Below the pieces are notes generated by a model. It ran no database searches. It was not told the DNA's origin and saw nothing but the letters and a program-made list of their open reading frames with translations. From a virus (lineage: Duplodnaviria > Caudoviricetes): a DNA stretch of 59,113 nucleotides. The stretch is taken from positions 1 to 59,113 of IMG/VR virus record IMGVR_UViG_3300031578_000036; one strand, written 5' to 3'. The position numbers were made by a program, and so were the translations under genes. Positions 8,824 through 16,158 of the stretch are shown here, in pieces; the first letter of the stretch is position 1; the number at the start of each line of letters is the position of its first letter.

Positions 8824-9561
8824 TTAGGTGGTGGCGGCCAGTACGTACCCAACCCCACCGGACACAACCCACCGCGTGGTGGTCGCGGCCTCGATACTCA
8901 CTCCATCACCTACGGCATTCAGCAGCACGAATTTGTTCGTGCCGTCGAACGTCGCCGCCGTGCTCTTGATGTGGATTGGCATGGTCGAGGGCGCGTTGGC
9001 CAGGAACACCTTGTAGTGGTCCCCGACCAGCGGCTTGCTCAGCTTGGCGCTCGCAATGACGCACCCCTTCGAGCTCCCGACCTTGGTGAACAGGTACCCA
9101 CCGAGCGCGGCCGGCAGCGCCTTCGTCACCGTGCTCTTGGTGGTATTCGTCAGCGCACTCCACGACTCGCTGACCATCGTGCTCACGACCTTCTTCGCCC
9201 CGATAGTCACGGCGCCCGCGTTGCTCATGGTGACATCGCCACTGAGGGCGTAGGCCACACCCACGCCACCCGTCGAGCCGACCAGCACCTTCGTGTTGGC
9301 GATGGCCGTCATGGTCGCGAGCACCTTCTTCGCGCCGATGGCCGTAACGCCCCCGTTCGACATGGTGACGTCGCCGGTCAGGGCATAGGCAACGCCCCCA
9401 CCTGCCGTCGAGCCGATTGCGATCTTCGTATTGGCCAGCGCCAGGTTCGCGGCAGACACGCCCTTGGCCGCGATCTCCGTGCTGGTGATCGAACCGGCGT
9501 CAGCTACAATCGTTCCGTAGAGCTTCCCGACTAGCGCCGAACCCCTCGTGACTCTCTGCAT
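8824..9561 (-). CDS. Putative head fibre / decoration protein with two internal repeats
   Basis: Two copies of LANTKxxxGSTxGxGVAYALxGDVTMSNxGxxxIGAKKV; Gly/Ala/Ser/Thr-rich; downstream of the capsid gene. Confidence 0.6.
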   Translation of the reverse strand: MQRVTRGSALVGKLYGTIVADAGSITSTEIAAKGVSAANLALANTKIAIGSTAGGGVAYALTGDVTMSNGGVTAIGAKKVLATMTAIANTKVLVGSTGGVGVAYALSGDVTMSNAGAVTIGAKKVVSTMVSESWSALTNTTKSTVTKALPAALGGYLFTKVGSSKGCVIASAKLSKPLVGDHYKVFLANAPSTMPIHIKSTAATFDGTNKFVLLNAVGDGVSIEAATTTRWVVSGGVGYVLAATT

Positions 9562-9691
9562 TCTGCATCTTCTCCCGAGCGCAGTCGCGCTCCACCTCGT
9601 GGCTCCATGTGGCCGAGCTTGTGTCTACGGAAACGAACTGGCCTTTCCTGATCGGCCCGCCGCACTTCACGCAGAGTGCCGGTCCCACCGC

Positions 9692-10063
9692 CTATCCTGC
9701 AAAGCCGAGGTTGGCCGCCTCGGCCTTCTGCCTTGATCCGCGGAATACCTTGCCGTTCGCCAGCTTCCAGAGGCCCACCCCTGGCAGCTTCTCCACGCCC
9801 GACACGGTGTCCGGTTCCTGCTCCTGCACGCCCAAGTCCAGCGGCATACGGTCATGCTTCGTCAGCCATCCTGCGCTGAGCCACCACCGCCCTTCGCTGT
9901 CACCCACAGGCTCCGCACCCTCGGGCAGCGGCTGGATGTACCGCTGTGCCTCCAGCGAGGTGGCGGTACGCCAGGGGAGCGCATTGACGCACTCCCCCGG
10001 CAACCGCTCCACGCCGTCGTCCTCAAACTGCTTCGTCACATGATGCGTCAGGATCTTGCTCAT
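9692..10063 (-). CDS. Hypothetical protein downstream of the major capsid gene
   Basis: GAGGGG RBS; C-terminal GLWKLANGKVFRGSRQKAE motif. Confidence 0.6.
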   Translation of the reverse strand: MSKILTHHVTKQFEDDGVERLPGECVNALPWRTATSLEAQRYIQPLPEGAEPVGDSEGRWWLSAGWLTKHDRMPLDLGVQEQEPDTVSGVEKLPGVGLWKLANGKVFRGSRQKAEAANLGFAG

Positions 10064-10088
10064 CGGTTTGGTCCCCTCGTCGTCAGTC

Positions 10089-11033
10089 CTACGCCACGAC
10101 GCTGTGGAAGAAGTAGCCGAGGTCGGTGGCCACGAGCTTGAAGTCGTAGGCCGTCTCGCCCTCGATCCGGTCGCTCTCCAGGTGCTCCATGCGGAAGTTC
10201 TTGATGACCACCGGCGCGGCCAGGCCCGTCCCGGACCACTGGAACGTGTAGCCCGCGGCGGGCGTCAGCAGCCCAGGGGTAGGCGGCACGTGGCACAGAA
10301 GCCCGTGCTTGCCGTGCGTGAAGTCGTAGGCAGCGGTGCCGCCCTCAGCTCCGGTGTTCTTGATGGCCTTGGCGATCACGATCTTGCCGATCTCGAGGAG
10401 CGCGGCCACCATGTCCTGCGTGATGCTCGCGGCGCTGGTGTACTTGAAGTGGTCCACCACGTCCGGGTGATGGCGCAACTTCGTCCACACCTCGTAACCG
10501 AGCGCGAAGGTGTTGGCCTCCAGCCCGGTATTCTTCAGGATGGTGGTCTTGCCCGTCTCCACGTCACCGACGGGATCCGAGGTCGTGTAGCTGGACCACA
10601 GGTTGCCGGGCGTGATGCTCGTTCCCCAGATGGCGTCCACGAAGAACTCGCTCGCCCACTGGATCTCACGCTGGAGCAGCAGGCGCTGGGTCACGAACTC
10701 GGTCGCGTCCCGGTCCATGTCGATCCCGGCGTCCGCGTTGTCACGCTCCCGGTCGCCCACGTCCTTGTGGAAGGCGTAGACGTCGCAGAAGTACGAATCG
10801 CTCGACAGGTTGTAGCCACCACCCGCCGACTCCGCTCCGCTCTCGCGCTTCTCGGCCTCGTCACGGAACCAATCGGCCTTGGTGTAGGTCGCGTACTTGT
10901 TGGAACGCTTGTCCACGTTCACCGCAGGGAAAACAACGTCCGCGATGAAGTTGGTCCTGCTCTGGATGTACGCCGTCGAGATGTTGGTCAACAGAGCGTC
11001 GACGTGTACCTGACTCTGGGTGGGCTGAGGCAT
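10089..11033 (-). CDS. Major capsid protein (HK97 fold)
   Basis: HVDALLTNISTAY...FIADVVFPAVNV...WFRDEA...DPVGDVE...AGYTFQW...DLGYFF; 314 aa; GGAGG RBS; synteny. Confidence 0.9.
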   Translation of the reverse strand: MPQPTQSQVHVDALLTNISTAYIQSRTNFIADVVFPAVNVDKRSNKYATYTKADWFRDEAEKRESGAESAGGGYNLSSDSYFCDVYAFHKDVGDRERDNADAGIDMDRDATEFVTQRLLLQREIQWASEFFVDAIWGTSITPGNLWSSYTTSDPVGDVETGKTTILKNTGLEANTFALGYEVWTKLRHHPDVVDHFKYTSAASITQDMVAALLEIGKIVIAKAIKNTGAEGGTAAYDFTHGKHGLLCHVPPTPGLLTPAAGYTFQWSGTGLAAPVVIKNFRMEHLESDRIEGETAYDFKLVATDLGYFFHSVVA

Positions 11034-11147
11034 TTGTGCCTAACCTCCATCGGTTGGTGTCATCATGCGCGCGGTGCGTTCCGGCTCTGGTCCCCAGCCC
11101 GCCATCCCAGCCCACCGCGTCGTGTCATACCGCTTCCGGCCTCACGG

Positions 11148-11561
11148 TCACGCCGTGGAGGTCGGTCCCTCATGCGTGATGCGGACGGCGATGATGCCAG
11201 CCGTCACGCCAGAACTGCACGCCTCCATGGCTCTCGCGAACCTGTAGGCCGTGCCACCCGTGCTCGACTTCTCCAGCTTCTTCCGGGTGCTGCCGATAAT
11301 CAGGCTGTCCCCGTAGGCGATCTCTTTCACGGAAGACCCGCACCAGACAACCGCCTTGCTGATCCCACCGACAGCCACCAGCGCGCCATGGCCAGCGGCC
11401 GTGGGTGCATTCTGGAGGATGCCGACAACCACGGACCCCTTGGTCGTGGTCACGTTCACGCGGCCCGTCGTGCTGTTCTGCGTCACCGGGTAATACTGGT
11501 AGGACGACAGATCAGCGCCCGCCTCGTAGGTCTTGCACTTCAAGCCAAGCTCATACGACAT
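11148..11561 (-). CDS. Capsid cement/decoration protein (DUF2190-like), paralog 2
   Basis: AGADLS...GILQNAP...GISKA pattern; immediately upstream of the MCP; GAGGAGG RBS. Confidence 0.75.
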   Translation of the reverse strand: MSYELGLKCKTYEAGADLSSYQYYPVTQNSTTGRVNVTTTKGSVVVGILQNAPTAAGHGALVAVGGISKAVVWCGSSVKEIAYGDSLIIGSTRKKLEKSSTGGTAYRFARAMEACSSGVTAGIIAVRITHEGPTSTA

Positions 11562-11574
11562 GTGGTTATCCTCC

Positions 11575-11982
11575 TCAAGCCGTAGAAGTCGGCCCCTCGT
11601 TGGTGATGCGAACGGCGATGATGCCGCGCGCCGTGCCGGTGCTCAGGGCTTCCTCAGCCCGCGCGAACCGATAGGCCGTCCCGCCCGTGCTGGACTTGAG
11701 CAGGTAGCCCTTGGTCGAGTTGATGAGCGAGTCGCCGTAGGCGATGCTCCGCCCCGTGATGTTCGTCTGCACGGTGGCCTTGCACACTCCGCCGACAGCC
11801 ACTAGCGCACCGCGGGCCTTGGCCGCCGGGGTGTTCTGGAGGATGCCGTCCACCCGGGCGCCGCGCGTTGCGGTGACGTTGTACAGCCCGCTGGAGTTCA
11901 GAGCCACCGCACTGAACTGCTTGGTGCTCAGGTCGGCCATCGCCCCACCCGTGACCGTCACAAGATTCATCTCGTAGCTCAT
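11575..11982 (-). CDS. Capsid cement/decoration protein (DUF2190-like), paralog 1
   Basis: Paralog of 11148..11561, sharing KSSTGGTAYRFARA and GIIAVRITxEGPTSTA. Confidence 0.75.
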   Translation of the reverse strand: MSYEMNLVTVTGGAMADLSTKQFSAVALNSSGLYNVTATRGARVDGILQNTPAAKARGALVAVGGVCKATVQTNITGRSIAYGDSLINSTKGYLLKSSTGGTAYRFARAEEALSTGTARGIIAVRITNEGPTSTA

Positions 11983-12083
11983 GTTCCTTCTCCGTCAGCG
12001 GCGGGGGCGTCCCCACCTTGTCCGTGTCCGTGACCCGACCAGCAGCCCCGCAGGGCTCCCAGCCGGGTCCGGGCCCGCGCGCC

Positions 12084-12830
12084 CTAGCGGGCCTTCTGCT
12101 CGTCCTGGTACCGCTTCACCAGCGCCTTGTCGGCCCTGACCACCAGATCCACCGCCTGCTCCAGCGTGGGCGCCTCGCCCTTGGTCACCAGCTCGGCGGC
12201 CTTGGCCTGGATCTCGTCCCACGCCGTCTTGACCTCGCCCTGCGCACCCGTGCCGAGCTCCTTGAACAGCCCGCCGTTGGCGATCTGCTCGCTCGCGGCC
12301 TTGAGCATGGTTTCCAGCGCCGTCCACGTGTCCTCGTCCACCGCACGCTTCACGGTGAGCAGCACGTCAGTATGCTTGTCGCCGCTGACGTTCTCCAGGT
12401 CGCCACCCTTGGCGAACCGGATGGCCAGCCCGTCACGCTCCGCCTTCTCGACCGCCTCACGCTCGGCCTTCTCAAGCTCCGCGATGCGCTCGTCACGCTT
12501 GGCGATCTCCTCGTCACGCTCGGCAACCTTGGCCAGCGCGGCCGCTTCCGCGTCCGTCTTCGCCAGTGCCTCTGCCTTGGCCGTGTCCGCCTCGGCGCGC
12601 GCCGCCTCGAGGTCGGCCTGGGCCTGTTCCAGCTTCTCCATGTCACCTTCCTGCGTTGTGCCCGGATCCACGACGCGCGTGGCTTCCGGGTCGTTGGCCG
12701 GCACGACCACCGCGCCGGGGTCCCGCTTCCAGATCAGGATGTCGGCCTCGGGGTTGTCGCCCCGGTCAACCAGGCCAATCGTGTCAATGCGCTTGACGCG
12801 CAGTAGATTCCGCTTCTTCGGCTCAGGCAT
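12084..12830 (-). CDS. Putative scaffold protein (short protease-like N-terminus plus coiled coil)
   Basis: IGLVDRGDNPEADILIWKR followed by a long Ala/Glu/Lys coiled coil; lies between the protease and decoration genes. Confidence 0.65.
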   Translation of the reverse strand: MPEPKKRNLLRVKRIDTIGLVDRGDNPEADILIWKRDPGAVVVPANDPEATRVVDPGTTQEGDMEKLEQAQADLEAARAEADTAKAEALAKTDAEAAALAKVAERDEEIAKRDERIAELEKAEREAVEKAERDGLAIRFAKGGDLENVSGDKHTDVLLTVKRAVDEDTWTALETMLKAASEQIANGGLFKELGTGAQGEVKTAWDEIQAKAAELVTKGEAPTLEQAVDLVVRADKALVKRYQDEQKAR

Positions 12831-13425
12831 CCGCCATCTCCTCGCGCGTTCCCGCGCCCCTGATGCTGAACATCCGGCGCTCGCCACGCTTTACCTTCTG
12901 CCAGGCTTCCTCGTCTTCGATCTTGAAGCCCACCCAGGCGCCGAACCGCTTGGTCGTGATGCCCATCGCCTCGGCCTTGGCCGGGGTCAGTACCAAGCAT
13001 TCAACGAGCTTGCCCACGCCCTCTAGCTGCGTGTGCATGTCGTCCGCCTCGCGGCTGTTCAGCACGTAGTCGTAGAAGGCGAGTTCCAGGTCCTCGAGCG
13101 CCGCCTGGCCCACCACGTCGCCGCTGTTGTCCACCACGTCCACGCCATCAGCCTCGGCCACGTAGGCCCAGCCGAATACCAGCCGCCGGTCCTCGTCTAG
13201 CTTCTCGATGGCGAAGGGCGCGAGCTCCAGGTCTTCGGCCGCTTTCTCGGCCTCATCCACGTTCGTCATCAGGGCCCCCAGGTGTGCCATGGCCCCTGCG
13301 TGCGAGCCGTGGCACTTCAGGTCTTCCCAATCCCCGTTCCGCCGTACTTGCACGCAGTTGGCTTTCAGCCGGTATGGCACTAGTGAACTCCTATGCTTGG
13401 CAGGGTTGGCCGGACGTGGGGCCAC
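12823..13425 (-). CDS. XkdF-like putative prohead serine protease
   Basis: RRLVFGWAYV...DNSGDVV...DDMH...AWVGFKI.DEEAWQKVKRGE..MFSIRG pattern. Confidence 0.8.
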   Translation of the reverse strand: MAPRPANPAKHRSSLVPYRLKANCVQVRRNGDWEDLKCHGSHAGAMAHLGALMTNVDEAEKAAEDLELAPFAIEKLDEDRRLVFGWAYVAEADGVDVVDNSGDVVGQAALEDLELAFYDYVLNSREADDMHTQLEGVGKLVECLVLTPAKAEAMGITTKRFGAWVGFKIEDEEAWQKVKRGERRMFSIRGAGTREEMADA

Positions 13426-13551
13426 GTGGACGCCGCGGCGAGGATGTCCCCTGTCCGGTGGGGTCGGGTCAATTAACCGCCGAAGCGGGGGCCGTTCACG
13501 CCCATACCCGTCTTTCCTTGCTCCAACCCTGCACGAAGTCGTCTCCCTGAA

Positions 13552-13627
13552 ACGAAAAAGGCCGCCCGTCCCAAGGAGGTTTCCCGGATCTCGTGTGTCC
13601 GGTACTCGCTGCTCAGGACGGGCGGCC
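13552..13627 (-). terminator. Long hairpin with U-tract (terminator/attenuator-like)
   Basis: 12-bp stem GGCCGCCCGTCC (13560-13571 pairing with 13616-13627), with an internal CCGGA/TCCGG stem, followed by TTTTTCGTTT on the minus strand. Confidence 0.65.
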
Positions 13628-13701
13628 CGAAATGCTACGGTTCTCTGCCCCGTCGGCGGGCCGTCGCGCTCGGCTCCGCTATGTCATTCCTTCAAGGTGC
13701 T

Positions 13702-13730
13702 AAGATATAACCTTATCGGTAAGTCGTCAA
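13702..13730 (-). promoter_or_regulatory. Sigma70-like promoter upstream of the head operon
   Basis: TTGACG-N17-TATCTT on the minus strand in an AT-richer intergenic stretch. Confidence 0.65.
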
Positions 13731-13969
13731 CCGGGCATCTTGGGCCATGCGGACCCGGTGAAGCGCCACGCATCGTCGCGGAAGTAGGCCAGGGTGATGT
13801 CTGTCAGGCGCTTATCCATCATGCCGTATTGGCTCAGCGCATCCCGGACTCGGACTACGCCGATGCTTCCGGTATCCACCCATGTGGGCGGCTCCGGCTT
13901 CAGCTTGGCTAGGATCGCCGGCGCGAACGGCACAACCACCAGCGCCTTCAGGAAGTCCGTGCGTTTCAT
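13727..13969 (-). CDS. Small protein with Tat-like N-terminus and peptides resembling the tail tube and capsid
   Basis: MKRTDFLKALVVVPFAP...ALSQYGMMDKRLTDITLAYFRDDA; GGAGG RBS; ATGA coupling. Confidence 0.6.
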   Translation of the reverse strand: MKRTDFLKALVVVPFAPAILAKLKPEPPTWVDTGSIGVVRVRDALSQYGMMDKRLTDITLAYFRDDAWRFTGSAWPKMPG

Positions 13970-14241
13970 GGTACCGCCTCCGGGGCGCGGTAGTACACAT
14001 CGCAATCCACGGGGGCCAGGTCTCGCATCTCCCGCATGGTCCTGTATTCACCGCACCGAACCTTGATCGCTATCGTGTCGGCGTTCGCCGGTGTCGCGTG
14101 GAGCCACGGCGGGTCGATGTCCTCCGGTGCCGTGATGGCGATTCGCACCTCCACCCGAGAGCCAATAGGTAGGGGGCCACCTACCATGTCCTCGACCAGC
14201 TTGCCGATAGTGGTGGCGTCAAACTCCATTGGCTTGCTCAT
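13966..14241 (-). CDS. Hypothetical protein
   Basis: AAGGAGG RBS before MSKPMEF. Confidence 0.55.
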   Translation of the reverse strand: MSKPMEFDATTIGKLVEDMVGGPLPIGSRVEVRIAITAPEDIDPPWLHATPANADTIAIKVRCGEYRTMREMRDLAPVDCDVYYRAPEAVP

Positions 14242-14333
14242 AGGTCCCCTCCTTATCGCCAATATGTCCAGCCTATTGCACCCTCGCCAGTACCCGGTCA
14301 GCGTATGCCATGGCTCCCGGGACAGGTGCAGGC

Positions 14334-14684
14334 TCACGGCATCACCCCGCAGTCATCCCAAAGCGGATTTGAGTGGCTTGGATTCCCCCGGAGCACGTTG
14401 TGGAGCAGTTCGTGCGCGCCCACCTTCAGGTCGTCCACGACGGGGCGCAGGAGGTAGATGCTGTTCGGCTTCTCCCAGCCGCCCAGCGCATCTGGGTGGC
14501 CAGCGATCTCCTCCACCACGAACCACCGCGCATCGCGCGCCGATACGTCCCGCCCCGTACACGCGCTGATGAGTGCCGCCGCTGCGTCCTGCACCGTGCC
14601 AGGCTCCATCGGCACCGGATCCACCACGTCTAGCGTGCCGCTGCACCCGGCCATCAGCATGACAGCCAGCAACGCCACCCTCAT
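14334..14684 (-). CDS. Putative lipoprotein with HExxH metallopeptidase motif
   Basis: Signal and lipobox MRVALLAVMLMAGC; AHELLH motif. Confidence 0.6.
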   Translation of the reverse strand: MRVALLAVMLMAGCSGTLDVVDPVPMEPGTVQDAAAALISACTGRDVSARDARWFVVEEIAGHPDALGGWEKPNSIYLLRPVVDDLKVGAHELLHNVLRGNPSHSNPLWDDCGVMP

Positions 14685-15382
14685 GCCGCCCGCCTCCTCA
14701 GCCACGCATCGGCCAACTGCCAGTCGGCCTCCGTGTCCACGTCCAGCCCCTCCAGGGCGTCCACGACCACCGGCCGCGTCTTCGGCACCCAATACCGGCC
14801 CTGTGCCCTGAGCGTGCGGGCAGAGGCGATCTGACAGCCGCCCGTGCTCACGTAGCACTTCGGGGGTCGGGGCCAGCCGATCAAATACGGGTCGGCGGCA
14901 CCGCCCGGTGGCCTGAGCGGGGCCAGCCAGTTGGATGAATTGGCGTAGCGCAGCGCCTCCCGGTGGGCCCCGCGTACCGTGGCGACCGAGGCGCAGGGAT
15001 CGCGCTCCCAGAGCTCCATGCAGCGCCGGATCGTCTCAGCGGTGCGTAGCGGGCTGGTGGGCAGCAGCATCCCTACGGCGTGCTCATCGTCCTCGGGGGT
15101 GTCCAGCTTGTCCATGACCCAGAGCACCACGTCCACGGCGCTGACGCTCGACTCGGACAGGTGGGGCGGGCGGAACAGCACCTCGGCCACGTTGGTGCGC
15201 CACGACGTCTCGCCCACCTCCGTCTCATCGGTCGCCACAACGACGTGCCCGCTGAGGAGCAGCGCCTCGCGTACCGTGTGCAGGAACATGGGCAGGTCGT
15301 CCGGTCCCGTGGGCCTCGTGTTCTTGCCCGGACACCGCTCGCTCTCGCCCTTCACGGGGATGACCCACAGGTACTCAGCCAC
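14681..15382 (-). CDS. neuA: Acylneuraminate cytidylyltransferase (CMP-nonulosonate synthetase)
   Basis: VIPVKGESERCPGKN, VVATD, RPPHLS, LLPTSPLR and LDVDTEADW are all NeuA-family motifs. Confidence 0.88.
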   Translation of the reverse strand: MAEYLWVIPVKGESERCPGKNTRPTGPDDLPMFLHTVREALLLSGHVVVATDETEVGETSWRTNVAEVLFRPPHLSESSVSAVDVVLWVMDKLDTPEDDEHAVGMLLPTSPLRTAETIRRCMELWERDPCASVATVRGAHREALRYANSSNWLAPLRPPGGAADPYLIGWPRPPKCYVSTGGCQIASARTLRAQGRYWVPKTRPVVVDALEGLDVDTEADWQLADAWLRRRAA

Positions 15383-15620
15383 CGTGGGCCGCGTCCTCGG
15401 CCTGCATATCAGCCCAGCGTGCCCTCAGTGGAGGACAAAGCAGTTCTCGCACGACGGCCGCCATCGGCTTGCCCTCGCGCTCCGAGACTTCGCGCAGCAT
15501 ACAAGCGCTCTCGGGGCTGAGGTTGACGCCGATGCGCTCTACGTTGCCACCAAGCGGCGACGGTAGGGGCCGCTTCCGTGGTCGTCCGGGCTTCTTTACT
15601 CCATGCGCCCCACTGTCCAT
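15375..15620 (-). CDS. Ribbon-helix-helix DNA-binding protein
   Basis: PGRPRKR plus RIGVNLSPESACMLREVSEREGKPMAAVVRELL. Confidence 0.65.
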   Translation of the reverse strand: MDSGAHGVKKPGRPRKRPLPSPLGGNVERIGVNLSPESACMLREVSEREGKPMAAVVRELLCPPLRARWADMQAEDAAHGG

Positions 15621-15644
15621 AATATCCCCCTTGGTTGAAGTAAC

Positions 15645-16076
15645 TCAGGCTACGTCTTCCAGGGCCGACATATCGCCTATGATACCGGCCAGGTCGTGTT
15701 CCGCTGCCAGGATGCGCCGGGGTTCGGCGGCCTTCACCAGCGCGATTCCGTGGCCTCGCGCCATCTGCTTCTGCAATAGCCCGCGGACGTGGGCCGAATG
15801 CTGATCCAGCTCCAGGTCGGGCGTGAAGATCACCAGCAGCCGCTTCTCCGGTGCCGCCGTCACTACGCCACCCATCCGGTCAGGCCGCACGCTCAAGTCA
15901 CCAAGCCCCTGTAGCCATAGGCACTCGAAGATCCGGCATTCATCGGGGCGGGTGTCGTAGATGGCGCAGCCGTGCGGGCTCAGGTGCTCGCACGGCGTCC
16001 CGGCCCCCTTCTGAAGCGCCTCCACGGCAAGCCAGGTGCAGCACATGGAACAACTGCCACAACGACGTGCGGTCAT
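15645..16076 (-). CDS. YkgJ-like CxxCxxCC cysteine-cluster protein
   Basis: CGSCSMCC...C.HL...GCAIY..RP.EC..F.C.W pattern. Confidence 0.8.
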   Translation of the reverse strand: MTARRCGSCSMCCTWLAVEALQKGAGTPCEHLSPHGCAIYDTRPDECRIFECLWLQGLGDLSVRPDRMGGVVTAAPEKRLLVIFTPDLELDQHSAHVRGLLQKQMARGHGIALVKAAEPRRILAAEHDLAGIIGDMSALEDVA

Positions 16077-16158
16077 CCGGGTCCCCTCCGGTTGCCCTAT
16101 TCGGTAAGCCTAACCTACAACGCCGCCCGGCAATTATCCAGTAGCGGGCTCCCGGGCA

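Noticed and set aside
13430-13700. tRNA gene in the intergenic region
   Set aside because: No cloverleaf or T-loop GTTCRA consensus was found; the region is kept only as a structured leader candidate.
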